Origin: an uncultured Rhodospirillales bacterium
GTDB lineage: Bacteria; Pseudomonadota; Alphaproteobacteria; RF32; CAG-239
Assembly (NCBI GenBank): GCA_902778645.1
Contig: CACYYO010000001.1
Coordinates: 2,951-66,950, forward strand
Reading direction: 5' to 3'
Length of the DNA: 64,000 nt
Shown: positions 1 to 9,037 of the stretch, piece by piece
How the letters are laid out: each line of letters begins with the position of its first letter
Numbering within the stretch: the first letter of the stretch is position 1
Notes under the pieces: model-generated
Databases searched by the model: none
What the model was told of the DNA's origin: nothing
The model's input: only the letters and a program-made list of their open reading frames with translations
Made by a program: the position numbers and the translations under genes

Positions 1-1254
1 CTTGAACGCCTGACTGAGAATGTAAAGGTTGAGAAGGGATATCTCTTCCTTATTTAAGGCTCTGTTTAAGGCATTGTTCAGCAAATAATCCGCGATATTC
101 TCGGATTTTGTGTCAATCCACTCACTCTTAAGCAGAAGGTCCATCATTGTAGTGAGCTTTTCCTGAATGTAGGGAGCCAGATTATGCTCCTTTAAGTTAT
201 TACAGGACAGAGCTAAAATCACCGTGCTTGCATTTGAAAAATGGCGACCATCAAAAATGAAGTCGATGATTTCACTACTCAAGAAACCATAGCGGAAACT
301 TGTAGCAATAAAGCGGTAGGTGATCTCTTTCAGCTCGGTAAAATCAGCAATTCCGCCCTTTAGCAGATATTTGCTGATAAGTGTCACTTGCTTATCCCAT
401 ATCTCACGTACTTCCGTGAGGGTGAGCGCATTTTGCCATTTTGAGAGATCTTCGTATCCATTCTTGTTGCAGTATGCAATGGCGCTTTCAATCTCGGCGA
501 TGTCTTTCGTATGAGAGGACGGAATTGCATAGGGCTTTTTCTTGGTATCAATCATGTCCCATGAGTAAATTTGCATGAGGGCATAGATGATAAGCATAGA
601 TGCCTCCTCTTTGTATAGAGGACGCTTAAGGGCAAGATGGAAGATGTGCATGGCAATGTCTTCAGCACTTTCTGCTATAATTTGCTCTTTTTGAGCTAAT
701 ATCATGAGCATGGTGTTGAGTTTCATGCGGCAGTAGCTGCTGATTGGGTACAGCACATCATTGTACTTTGCCAGCAAAACGCCTGTTTCTGCGGAAAAGA
801 AATCTCCGGCAAAGAGGTAGGTCAGCATATTTCCGGTGAACAGGCCTGCTTTTTCAGCCAATTCATCTATGAAATGGTAACTGATGCGCTTGAACTCTTT
901 TTCATAGTTTTCCGGTTTCCTTTCATAAAAAAGAGGAACAATTAGATTTATTTGTCGCTCGTACACATCTCTTTCGGCAAGAGGGGATACTTGAAGTGCT
1001 TGCCTGAGCATTGATGTTTCCGGCAACTTGCTGCGTTCGCAAACGATGAGAGCTTCAAGAATTTCTTCATAAAGGTCAACTTCGTGTTCTTGTTCTGTCA
1101 TTTTTTGCTTTGCCCAAGCGATAACTTCTTCGCTATTCTCACCGGCCATGAGGCGGGCATAAAACTTTTTGCGTGCGTACGGATAGAGCTTCTTACTGAT
1201 CGCGCACTCCTCTTTTGTCAGGGGTCTTGTTTTTTTGATTTTTTCTTTTTTCAT
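1..1254 (-). CDS. hypothetical protein; 3' end runs off the window (at least 418 codons open)
   Basis: Hand translation of the minus strand from the ATG (revcomp of cat at 1252-1254) gives MKKEKIKKTRPLTKEECAISKKLYPYARKKF... There is no stop codon down to position 1. It is absent from the ORF track because it has no in-window stop. No family recognised. Confidence 0.6.
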   Translation of the reverse strand, partial: MKKEKIKKTRPLTKEECAISKKLYPYARKKFYARLMAGENSEEVIAWAKQKMTEQEHEVDLYEEILEALIVCERSKLPETSMLRQALQVSPLAERDVYERQINLIVPLFYERKPENYEKEFKRISYHFIDELAEKAGLFTGNMLTYLFAGDFFSAETGVLLAKYNDVLYPISSYCRMKLNTMLMILAQKEQIIAESAEDIAMHIFHLALKRPLYKEEASMLIIYALMQIYSWDMIDTKKKPYAIPSSHTKDIAEIESAIAYCNKNGYEDLSKWQNALTLTEVREIWDKQVTLISKYLLKGGIADFTELKEITYRFIATSFRYGFLSSEIIDFIFDGRHFSNASTVILALSCNNLKEHNLAPYIQEKLTTMMDLLLKSEWIDTKSENIADYLLNNALNRALNKEEISLLNLYILSQAFK

Positions 1255-1321
1255 AATTATATTTTTAATTAATAATTCTGTTTAACTCGCCTAAGATAGC
1301 CGAAAAACGATTTTTTGTCAA

Positions 1322-1352
1322 ACAAAAAATCCCTTCCTTGAGGGAAGGGATT
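1322..1352 (-). terminator. Rho-independent terminator downstream of the fadL-like gene
   Basis: Stem atcccttcc (1329-1337) pairs with ggaagggat (1343-1351), loop ttgag. The A-tract at 1323-1329 becomes a U-tract on the minus strand. Confidence 0.7.
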
Positions 1353-1372
1353 TAACAAATTAATCAGTATGG

Positions 1373-2677
1373 TTAGAAATTATAGACAGCGCCTAAGCCA
1401 AAGAGGTGAATATTGCCTTTGTATTTTGCATATAATCCACCGCGTTCAGCATCGTTGCCTGTTCCGAGTAAATTAACCGTACTGTTTTCGGCATGAATAA
1501 ATGAATAACCGGCATTGATGGTCAGCTTGTCATTGTATTTGTATTCAAAACCTGTCGAGAACCAATATCTGTCAGAGTCCGGAATACGCGGGGTACGATT
1601 AAAGTCGCTGACCGGGGTTTGGTCAAAGGCAAGACCAAAACGCAATTTCCATTGTTCATTGACTTGGTAGTTAGCACCGATAGAATAGAACCATGCATTT
1701 TGCCAATTTTCGTTGGTAACGCTCAGAGGCTTTTCCGGTTTCAGGTGACCTTTAATGGTTAAGTCATCAAAGGTTGACCAGTAGGTTTTTTGGGCCTCAG
1801 CCATGACCGACCATTTGGAATTGATATCGTGATAAACACCCATCGTCCATAAAGCCGGCGTGGTTAATTTGGCCGTAATGTCTTGGTTAATGGCTTTCAT
1901 CATTGTCATGACGCTGGTGTTGGTGGCAAATGAGATTTTGCCATCAAGTTTTTGATTGATTTTACTGCGGTATGCCATACCGAATCTGGTATCAGCCGAA
2001 TATTCGTACAAACCACCGATGATGTAACCTAAATCAGCTGCCGTTCCATGCATGGTTGAGTTTGATGTCAGCATATTGAGAGGGGCTTGAGGACTCAAAT
2101 ATTGTCCTCCATGAAATACGCCATTTTTTAAGGTTGCGTCGGCATATTGAGCAACAAGACCGGCACCGATTGTTAAATCGCAAGTCAGACGGTGTGCGTA
2201 CATTGCGGTTAAGTTATAAATAGACAATTCGGAAAGAGTACCGTGATTTGCACCTGCCCACAAAGGTGAGTAGTCTGTTACTAAGCCGAATGGGGCACTT
2301 AAAGAGATACCTATAGAATTTCGGGAATCAAGAGCCTTGGCTGCAGCAACTGAGGGAAGGATGATTTTATTAACCGGGTGGTTCATCTTAGGATTGTAGG
2401 CATAAGGCTGACCTGTCAGAGGTCTTGTGCTTAATGCGCCTTCTCCTTTGACGTGTCCGACAATGGCGGTCGCATTAAAAGAAACTTGATCTTGCTGGCG
2501 GATAATTGCAGCAGGGTTATAAAATGCATAAGAAGCATCTTCAGCACCGGCAGTGGCGCCGGCAAAAGCATTTCCCATACCGGCAATTGACTGTTCACGC
2601 AGTAAGAAACCGGCAGCGTTAGCATGAGAGGCGATTAATATTGTCCCTAATGCCGTTAAAGTGATAAGTTTTTTCAT
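1373..2677 (-). CDS. fadL: FadL/TodX-family outer-membrane long-chain fatty acid/hydrophobic compound transporter
   Basis: Signal peptide MKKLITLTALGTILIASHANA followed by the typical N-terminal hatch AGFLLREQSIAGMGNAFAGATAGAEDASYAFYNPAAI, and a C-terminal aromatic residue (..GAVYNF). The start is moved to the internal ATG at 2677 (track start 2716). Confidence 0.85.
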   Translation of the reverse strand: MKKLITLTALGTILIASHANAAGFLLREQSIAGMGNAFAGATAGAEDASYAFYNPAAIIRQQDQVSFNATAIVGHVKGEGALSTRPLTGQPYAYNPKMNHPVNKIILPSVAAAKALDSRNSIGISLSAPFGLVTDYSPLWAGANHGTLSELSIYNLTAMYAHRLTCDLTIGAGLVAQYADATLKNGVFHGGQYLSPQAPLNMLTSNSTMHGTAADLGYIIGGLYEYSADTRFGMAYRSKINQKLDGKISFATNTSVMTMMKAINQDITAKLTTPALWTMGVYHDINSKWSVMAEAQKTYWSTFDDLTIKGHLKPEKPLSVTNENWQNAWFYSIGANYQVNEQWKLRFGLAFDQTPVSDFNRTPRIPDSDRYWFSTGFEYKYNDKLTINAGYSFIHAENSTVNLLGTGNDAERGGLYAKYKGNIHLFGLGAVYNF

Positions 2678-2893
2678 ATTTAATAGTCTTTTGTAGTTAA
2701 TCCAAAAACATTCCATTTATAAAAGAATTCTTCTCAAAAATCAATAAACAATGCAAGACGTTGCATAGATGTATTTTTTTATTGTAAAAACAAAAGGATA
2801 ATGTGCTTTTTAACTTCTCTCTTTTTAGGGGCTTTACAAAAGGCTTTCTTTTGATTTAAAGTAGGTGCAAGTTTAACTCTCGGGAGACTATAT

Positions 2894-5071
2894 TTGCAAA
2901 ATTTCGTTCGTTTTTGCCTGCGTTGTATTTTCAGGCTGTTTAAAGTTCGTTTTCGTCTTCAATTTAAGGAAAGTAAAATACCGGGGCGAGGTGTGTATGT
3001 TTCTAACCATGTTTCTTATTTGGATCCGATCCTCTTGTTTGCCTTTTTGCCCGGTAATCCGATTTTTGCGCTGAATGGTCATTTGTACCGCAGTCGTCTC
3101 ATCCGGTTGTTGATGAAAACGGCTGATATTATGTATTTTAATCCGATTGAACCGGGGGATATTAAAACTTTAATTAATAAGGTGAGCGAAGGTCGGTTGT
3201 GTGTTATTTTTGCTGAAGGAAGAATTACGGAAAACGGCAGCTTGATGAAAATATACGAAGCACCGGGGTTGGTCGCCGATAAATCCAAGTCGCCGTTAAT
3301 TCCAATTTGGATTACCGGTCCGCAATATGGTTATTTTTCTAAAACCAAGGGGAAGTTACCGCATCGTCCGTTGCCGAAGGTTTTGATTACGGTCGGTAAG
3401 CCGCGTAGTTTTAAGTTAAAAGATGAATTAAGACGTCAGCGTGATCACATCAGTAATGAAGTTTATCAAATTCTTCGAGAAATGTGTTTTGAGGTTAATT
3501 ATAATCCGAATATTTCTTTGTTTGCGCAATTGATGAAAACAGCCAAGGTTCATTCAAAGAAGCATGTGATTATGCGTCCGGCATTTGTTGAGGATATACA
3601 ACGTGTACCGAACTCTTATAAAGATATCATTATCAAATCTTTTGTTTTAGGTAAATATTTTAAGAAAAGGACTCGTCGTGGAGAGCACGTTGCTTTGATG
3701 TTACCGAATTCTGTTGCTGCAGTTTGTACATTTTTCGGGCTGTCGGCTTATGAGAGGATTCCGGTTATGCTTAACTTCTCTGTCGGGGCTAAGAATATTG
3801 CTTCTATGTGTAATACAGCACAAGTTAAGATGATTATTACGTCGCTGACTTTTATTAAAACAGCTAAGTTAGAGGCGGCTGTTGAGGTATTGAAGGCGGC
3901 AGGCTATAATGTTGTTTATTTGGAGTCTTTGCGTAAACATGTTGGTCTTATTACTAAAATAAATGCCTTTTTACGTTATAAGATCAAGCGTGTTCCACAC
4001 CGTTCGGGTGGAAATAAAAAAGCATGTATTTTATTTACGTCAGGTTCAGAAGGAGCCCCAAAAGCAGTTGTTTTGAGCCATGCTAATATCATGTCTAACA
4101 TTAAGCAAATTGCTTCTATTGAGACAATTAATATTACCGATACAGTGTTTAATGCTTTACCGATGTTTCATAGTTTTGGATTGACAGTCGGGACACTCTT
4201 TCCGATTTTAGAGGGGGCAAAGCTGTTTTTATATCCTTCTCCTCTTCATTATCGTGTCGTTGCCGAGATTGTTTATGAAATCGGTGCGACAGTTATGTTT
4301 GGAACAGATACTTTCTTTCGCGGTTATGCAAAGATTGCGCATCCGTTTGATTTCCACAACGTTCGGTTTATGTTTGGCGGAGCGGAAGCCATTAAACCGG
4401 ATACAAGAGATATTTGGATGGAACGTTTGGGTATACGTGTTTTGGAAGGGTATGGTGCAACAGAGTGTTCTCCGGTTATTACCGCGAATAACCTTATTTT
4501 TAATCGCTTTGGTTCTATCGGAAAATTGTTACCTGCCATACAGTACAAGATTGAACCGGTTGATGGTATTGCAAAAGGCGGTGAATTAGTTATTAAAGGT
4601 CCGAATATCATGCTCGGCTATATTATGCCTGATAATCCCGGTGTGCTTGTTCCTTTAGAAGATGGGTGGTATCATACCGGTGATGTGGTAGAAATTGATG
4701 AAATCGGATTCTTGTACATTAAAGACCGTATTAAACGTTTTGCAAAAATCGGCGGAGAAATGGTTTCTCTTAATGCGGTTGATGAAATGGTTCACAAGGC
4801 TTATGAATGGATGGGACCGAGTTTTGAGTATGGCGTTGTTGCAATTCCTCATGAAAGCAAAGGTGAACAAATTGTTTTGGTTACCAATAACAGAAGTGTT
4901 CAGCAAGATGCTTTGCAAAATTATATTAAAAATAACGGGATGTCAGAGTTATTTTTGCCTCGCATTATTTTGTATAAAGACCACTTACCTGTTTTCGCAA
5001 CCGGCAAGGCAGACAATGTTACATTGAAAAAAGAAGTTTTGGAAGAACTAAATAAGAAACAAGCTGCATAG
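2894..5071 (+). CDS. aas: bifunctional PlsC-type acyltransferase / acyl-ACP (AMP-forming) synthetase, Aas-like
   Basis: N-terminal HxxxxD acyltransferase motif (SNHVSYLDP). C-terminal adenylate-forming domain (ILFTSGSEGAPKAVVLSH, GYGATECSP, YHTGD..DRIKRFAKIGGEMVS). At 725 aa it has the same two-domain layout as E. coli Aas. TTG start. Confidence 0.8.
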   Translation: MQNFVRFCLRCIFRLFKVRFRLQFKESKIPGRGVYVSNHVSYLDPILLFAFLPGNPIFALNGHLYRSRLIRLLMKTADIMYFNPIEPGDIKTLINKVSEGRLCVIFAEGRITENGSLMKIYEAPGLVADKSKSPLIPIWITGPQYGYFSKTKGKLPHRPLPKVLITVGKPRSFKLKDELRRQRDHISNEVYQILREMCFEVNYNPNISLFAQLMKTAKVHSKKHVIMRPAFVEDIQRVPNSYKDIIIKSFVLGKYFKKRTRRGEHVALMLPNSVAAVCTFFGLSAYERIPVMLNFSVGAKNIASMCNTAQVKMIITSLTFIKTAKLEAAVEVLKAAGYNVVYLESLRKHVGLITKINAFLRYKIKRVPHRSGGNKKACILFTSGSEGAPKAVVLSHANIMSNIKQIASIETINITDTVFNALPMFHSFGLTVGTLFPILEGAKLFLYPSPLHYRVVAEIVYEIGATVMFGTDTFFRGYAKIAHPFDFHNVRFMFGGAEAIKPDTRDIWMERLGIRVLEGYGATECSPVITANNLIFNRFGSIGKLLPAIQYKIEPVDGIAKGGELVIKGPNIMLGYIMPDNPGVLVPLEDGWYHTGDVVEIDEIGFLYIKDRIKRFAKIGGEMVSLNAVDEMVHKAYEWMGPSFEYGVVAIPHESKGEQIVLVTNNRSVQQDALQNYIKNNGMSELFLPRIILYKDHLPVFATGKADNVTLKKEVLEELNKKQAA

Positions 5072-5072
5072 T

Positions 5073-5101
5073 AAAAAATCCCTCTGAGAAGAGGGATTTT
5101 T
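5073..5101. terminator. bidirectional Rho-independent terminator between convergent genes
   Basis: Stem atccctct (5078-5085) pairs with agagggat (5090-5097), loop gaga, flanked by an A-tract and a T-tract. Confidence 0.75.
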
Positions 5102-5102
5102 G

Positions 5103-6407
5103 CTATCGGTGTTTGCGGTTTAATTCTTTTTGAACGTATCGTCCTTGATAGAGATTTATACCAAGGGAGTTGCCTATTTCAATAGCTTTAGGGTCGTCGA
5201 CACGACAGAGAATCATCTTAGCTCGTTCAGCTTTATTAACATAATCACGAAAATGGCTGTCTTCATTGATAATATCTAAAAAAGACGGGTGCCAAATAAT
5301 TTTCATTAAATCTGAATTGAGATTCGCTCGGTTAATGTATTGCAATTTGTCAACCGTGATGCCGTCGATGCAAATTTTGTAACCACGATATTGAGCAAAG
5401 GCCTTTGCGAGGAGGTAAGCTTTTACATCGTTAAAAATATCAACAAGCTGCAGTTCTAAGATAATACTTGAGCGTAATGGCGGCGGAATACTTTCATCAA
5501 AGGCCAGAAATTCATCAGACAGAATGGTTGATACATTTAGGTTTAGACTGAAATTACTTACAAGAGAGCCGTCATCATGTTGACTGACGTGTGCCAAAAC
5601 CCGCTTGTCTAAAGTTTCTGTCAGGTGTAAAAACAGCCAAGGATCAGATGTTAAATCAATCTCAGGCATTAATGTGTCGCGTAAATCAGGAATAGAAACA
5701 AATACTTCTTCAAAAATCATTTGCGGGGCAGACTTTCCTATAATTGCGCAGACAGCCTGTCGTCGAATTAGGTTTGAGAAATCAACCTGTTGAAGGCTTT
5801 TTTGTACTTTATCAAGAATGAGCGGTGTCAGTTTGCGTAAAGGCTTTTTGTTTCCTCCCAGAACACTGACAAACTTTGTTGTTATATTTACTTTTGGTTC
5901 TGAGGGGGCTTGCGTTGTAAAAGGTGCCATATGTGTGATTTTATCACACAAATTAAGTAATGATGCAGGGGTTTCATATAATTTAAAAAACGGGGTTTCC
6001 AAAATGTTACTTTTTTGAGCTAAAGACATTTCCTCGTCAAAGGTAAAAGATAAGCGAATTAAAAGCGCTTGTAATTCATCATCCTTTTGTGCAGGAAAGG
6101 CTACTAAGACACTACTGTTGGCAAGTTCAAATATTTTGCCGCCGATTTGTTGCGCAAAATCTCGTAAAAAGGAGGTCGCAGCATTATTAAGTATGGAGAT
6201 GCTTTTGCTGTTTTTGAAAGCCGTCGTATCAATGAGCATTGCTTTAAGCGGTGTTTGAGCATCTATAGACTGTTGCAAATATTCGACAGGACCAAGTTCC
6301 TTGAAGGAAGGCGGAAGAGTTTCTTCTATTGTTTCTTCCGGATGGGTCTCAATTTTTTCTTGAGGTAAAGGCGTATTTTTTTTTGATTTAAAGAAAAACA
6401 TGGTCAC
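5103..6407 (-). CDS. degenerate EAL-like domain protein (paralog 1)
   Basis: The C-terminal half aligns by eye to the EAL motif series: FEEVFV (EAL), SLNLNVS (N), IILELQL (E), ICIDGITV (DDFG-like), MKIIW (KxD-like), LYQGRYV (QG). It shares the block DPWLFLHLTETLDKRVL with the upstream paralog. The track start is GTG at 6407, with an alternative ATG at 6401. Confidence 0.55.
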   Translation of the reverse strand: MTMFFFKSKKNTPLPQEKIETHPEETIEETLPPSFKELGPVEYLQQSIDAQTPLKAMLIDTTAFKNSKSISILNNAATSFLRDFAQQIGGKIFELANSSVLVAFPAQKDDELQALLIRLSFTFDEEMSLAQKSNILETPFFKLYETPASLLNLCDKITHMAPFTTQAPSEPKVNITTKFVSVLGGNKKPLRKLTPLILDKVQKSLQQVDFSNLIRRQAVCAIIGKSAPQMIFEEVFVSIPDLRDTLMPEIDLTSDPWLFLHLTETLDKRVLAHVSQHDDGSLVSNFSLNLNVSTILSDEFLAFDESIPPPLRSSIILELQLVDIFNDVKAYLLAKAFAQYRGYKICIDGITVDKLQYINRANLNSDLMKIIWHPSFLDIINEDSHFRDYVNKAERAKMILCRVDDPKAIEIGNSLGINLYQGRYVQKELNRKHR

Positions 6408-6408
6408 C

Positions 6409-7692
6409 TCACAGTAATTTTTCTAAAACTTGGTGTTGTGTACAAAACTGACGTTCACGACCAGATAATAATCTCTTGCGCTTGAGACAGTCCTTAGCGG
6501 TACATTTGTCAGCATCGGGGCATTGACGCCGTATCATCGCTACTTCTAAGTCGTCCATAAACGGACCTTGAAATGAGTTGATTCCGTGCCGGAGCCCCCA
6601 GGATAGGGCTTGAGTAGAATCGCACTTTGCTAAGATAACGTTATCTACACCCAGTTGATTAACAGTTGTTTTGACATCTTCGTTATCAGGGCCAAATTCA
6701 AGTAAAGGTTCCCAGAAAAGTTTAATCATATCAGGTTCAAATGTGGTGAGATTAAGCATTTTTAAGGCAGCCGTGTTGACACCGTCAAGTAAAATTTTAT
6801 GTCCGCCTTTATGCAAAAGTTCCTTAACTTCAAAGTATAAAGGTAGATTGTTGAATACGTCAATCATCTGTACTTCGACAACAATTTTATGTCCTTGTTG
6901 TAAAAATTCTTTGGCAAATGTAACAAACTCGTGAGAGTAAACGGATTGCATATTTAAGTTTATACCAATCGATTCCGGCCATTGGCTTAAGTTTGCCGCA
7001 AAAAAAGCCTGAAGAACACGCTTGTCAAGATGCTGTAAAATATAAAAATATAACCAGTGGTTTTCCTGCAAATCAAGGTTGTCAAAAAGCATATTTAAAT
7101 CTTTAACGGCTACGAAAAATTCTTGGAAATTTACGCCAAATTGGTTGGCTCCTTTTATTTTAACAATGCTTTGGCGTTTAACCAGTTCGGAGATATCTAC
7201 TTGCTCCAATATTTCAAGAATTTGGTCAACTTCCCCTGCGTTCAGAGGTCGTTTTTCCGGCTCTGAAAGGGCTTGTTTTTGTGCGGTAGCTCCGTTTTCT
7301 AAAAGTTGTAATACGTAGTTGTAAAACAGTGCATAGGTCTCAGGAAAAACAAAGACGGTTGCAAAATCTTTACTGTTTTTTCCGTGCAATATGGGGTCGT
7401 TTGATATTCCTTCTTTGAGTTTATTGACTGCTTCATCGACGGCCGATTGTGAAAAATCTCTTCCTAAAATGGCAAAATCGCCATTGCTAAGCGGAAAAGA
7501 GACACCCGTTGACAAGCCGACAACCCCATCAAAAAATTTTTCGAGTATTTTTAAGAATTTCGGGTGGCGGTGTTTGGGTTTTAATTTTGAGGCGCTAATG
7601 TACAAAACAGCATAGCCGCTCGGATTTTTGCCAATCCTGTCCAGTGCGCTCAATAAATATTTTTCAGAAAGAACAAGTTGCTGTTTTGCCAT
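6409..7692 (-). CDS. degenerate EAL-like domain protein (paralog 2) with C-terminal Cys cluster
   Basis: EAL-like series: FQEFFV, GINLNMQS, VVEVQMID, ILLDGVNT, MIKLFW, SFQGPFM. The N-terminal part resembles a decayed GGDEF domain (AVLYISASKLKP...FPLSNGDFAILG). The C-terminal tail is RRQCPDADKCTAKDCLKRK...FCTQH. Confidence 0.55.
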   Translation of the reverse strand: MAKQQLVLSEKYLLSALDRIGKNPSGYAVLYISASKLKPKHRHPKFLKILEKFFDGVVGLSTGVSFPLSNGDFAILGRDFSQSAVDEAVNKLKEGISNDPILHGKNSKDFATVFVFPETYALFYNYVLQLLENGATAQKQALSEPEKRPLNAGEVDQILEILEQVDISELVKRQSIVKIKGANQFGVNFQEFFVAVKDLNMLFDNLDLQENHWLYFYILQHLDKRVLQAFFAANLSQWPESIGINLNMQSVYSHEFVTFAKEFLQQGHKIVVEVQMIDVFNNLPLYFEVKELLHKGGHKILLDGVNTAALKMLNLTTFEPDMIKLFWEPLLEFGPDNEDVKTTVNQLGVDNVILAKCDSTQALSWGLRHGINSFQGPFMDDLEVAMIRRQCPDADKCTAKDCLKRKRLLSGRERQFCTQHQVLEKLL

Positions 7693-7783
7693 CTATTTTA
7701 GTGTTTCCATGTCTGTATAATTTTCTTTGAGAAGAGTTTATCGCAAATATCTTACATATTTGCTAACAAAATTAAAATAAGTC

Positions 7784-7817
7784 AAAAAAAATCCTACCCT
7801 GATAGGGTAGGATTTTT
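7784..7817 (-). terminator. Rho-independent terminator after recA
   Basis: Stem tcctaccct (7792-7800) pairs with agggtagga (7804-7812), loop gat. The A-tract at 7784-7791 gives a U-tract on the minus strand. Confidence 0.8.
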
Positions 7818-7831
7818 GGGAGTGAAAAGGA

Positions 7832-8860
7832 CTAGTCTTCCTCTGCCGGGGGTTCATCGTCGCCAAGCATTTCGCTGGTCAAATGACCGGCATCAGCGCG
7901 AATCTTCTTTTCAATTTCATCGGCAATATCTTGATGTTCTTTCAGGTAGGTTTTGGCATTTTCACGACCTTGACCGATTTTATCGCCTTTATAAGAGAAC
8001 CAAGCGCCGGCTTTCTCAATAATACCGGATTTAACGCCTAAATCAATCAGCTCACCGGTTTTAGAAATACCTTCACCGTACATAATGTCGAAGTCAACAA
8101 CTTTGAACGGTGGCGCAACTTTGTTTTTAACAATCTTAACGCGGGTTTGGCTGCCAATGACATCATCTTTGTCTTTAATGGCGCCGATGCGGCGAATATC
8201 GATACGAACGGAAGCATAAAACTTGAGGGCATTACCGCCGGTTGTAGTCTCCGGATTACCAAACATAACACCGATTTTCATACGAATTTGGTTGATGAAA
8301 ATAATCAGTGTGTTGGAGCGGGCGACGGTAGCAGTCAGTTTGCGCAAAGCTTGAGACATCAGGCGAGCCTGTAACCCCATGTGGGAATCGCCCATTTCAC
8401 CTTCTAATTCGGCCTTGGGAACAAGGGCAGCAACCGAATCGACAACCAACACGTCAATAGCGCCGGAGCGTACTAATGTATCGGCAATTTCAAGAGCTTG
8501 TTCGCCGGCATCAGGTTGAGAAATCAAAAGGTTTTCAATATCAACGCCGATCTTTTTGGCGTAAGAAGGGTCAAGGGCGTGTTCGGCATCGATGAATGCA
8601 CAAGTTCCGCCTTTTTTCTGAGCTTGAGCAATCACACTCAGGGCAAGGGTCGTTTTACCTGAACTCTCAGGACCATAAATCTCAATAATACGGCCTTTGG
8701 GCATACCACCGATACCTAAGGCGATATCAATGCCTAGCGAACCGGTTGAGATTGCCTCAATATCAACGTTGGCGCTTTGTCCCATTCGCATAATCGAGCC
8801 TTTACCAAAGGAGCGCTCAATTTGCGATATGGCAGCATCAAGGGCTTTATCTTTTTCCAT
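7832..8860 (-). CDS. recA: recombinase RecA
   Basis: Canonical RecA sequence, including Walker A ([12 protein letters not shown]) and the [32 protein letters not shown] block. Confidence 0.98.
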   Translation of the reverse strand: MEKDKALDAAISQIERSFGKGSIMRMGQSANVDIEAISTGSLGIDIALGIGGMPKGRIIEIYGPESSGKTTLALSVIAQAQKKGGTCAFIDAEHALDPSYAKKIGVDIENLLISQPDAGEQALEIADTLVRSGAIDVLVVDSVAALVPKAELEGEMGDSHMGLQARLMSQALRKLTATVARSNTLIIFINQIRMKIGVMFGNPETTTGGNALKFYASVRIDIRRIGAIKDKDDVIGSQTRVKIVKNKVAPPFKVVDFDIMYGEGISKTGELIDLGVKSGIIEKAGAWFSYKGDKIGQGRENAKTYLKEHQDIADEIEKKIRADAGHLTSEMLGDDEPPAEED

Positions 8861-8961
8861 CTGATTCTCTCTTTCGAAGTTAGTTATTATTATGGCGTAT
8901 TTTCTAACTTATTGCGGTAAATTACAATTTACCGAGCAAAGTTATCCAATGAATTTAATTT

Positions 8962-8989
8962 GTACTACTTTTGTTCTTTTTGCAAGAAC
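8962..8989. promoter_or_regulatory. candidate operator upstream of recA (near-match to the alphaproteobacterial SOS box, plus an overlapping palindrome)
   Basis: GTACtacttttGTTC (8962-8976) is one mismatch from GTTC-N7-GTTC. The overlapping palindrome is gttctt-tttgc-aagaac (8973-8989). It lies about 100 nt upstream of the recA start. Confidence 0.3.
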
Positions 8990-9037
8990 TTTTTTCAGTG
9001 TTTTTCAAGAAAAATTTTAATGCCTTGAAAATAATGA

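Noticed and set aside
2678-2716. N-terminal extensions given by the ORF track for fadL (2716), the GNAT gene (30333), tolB (32310), galU (46260), rpmB (51280), mltA (56898), the cupin gene (27815) and the second CHR gene (18967)
   Set aside because: In each case an internal ATG gives a canonical N-terminus (a signal peptide, a family-typical start or an SD sequence). Several of the extended starts are TTG codons located in upstream intergenic sequence.
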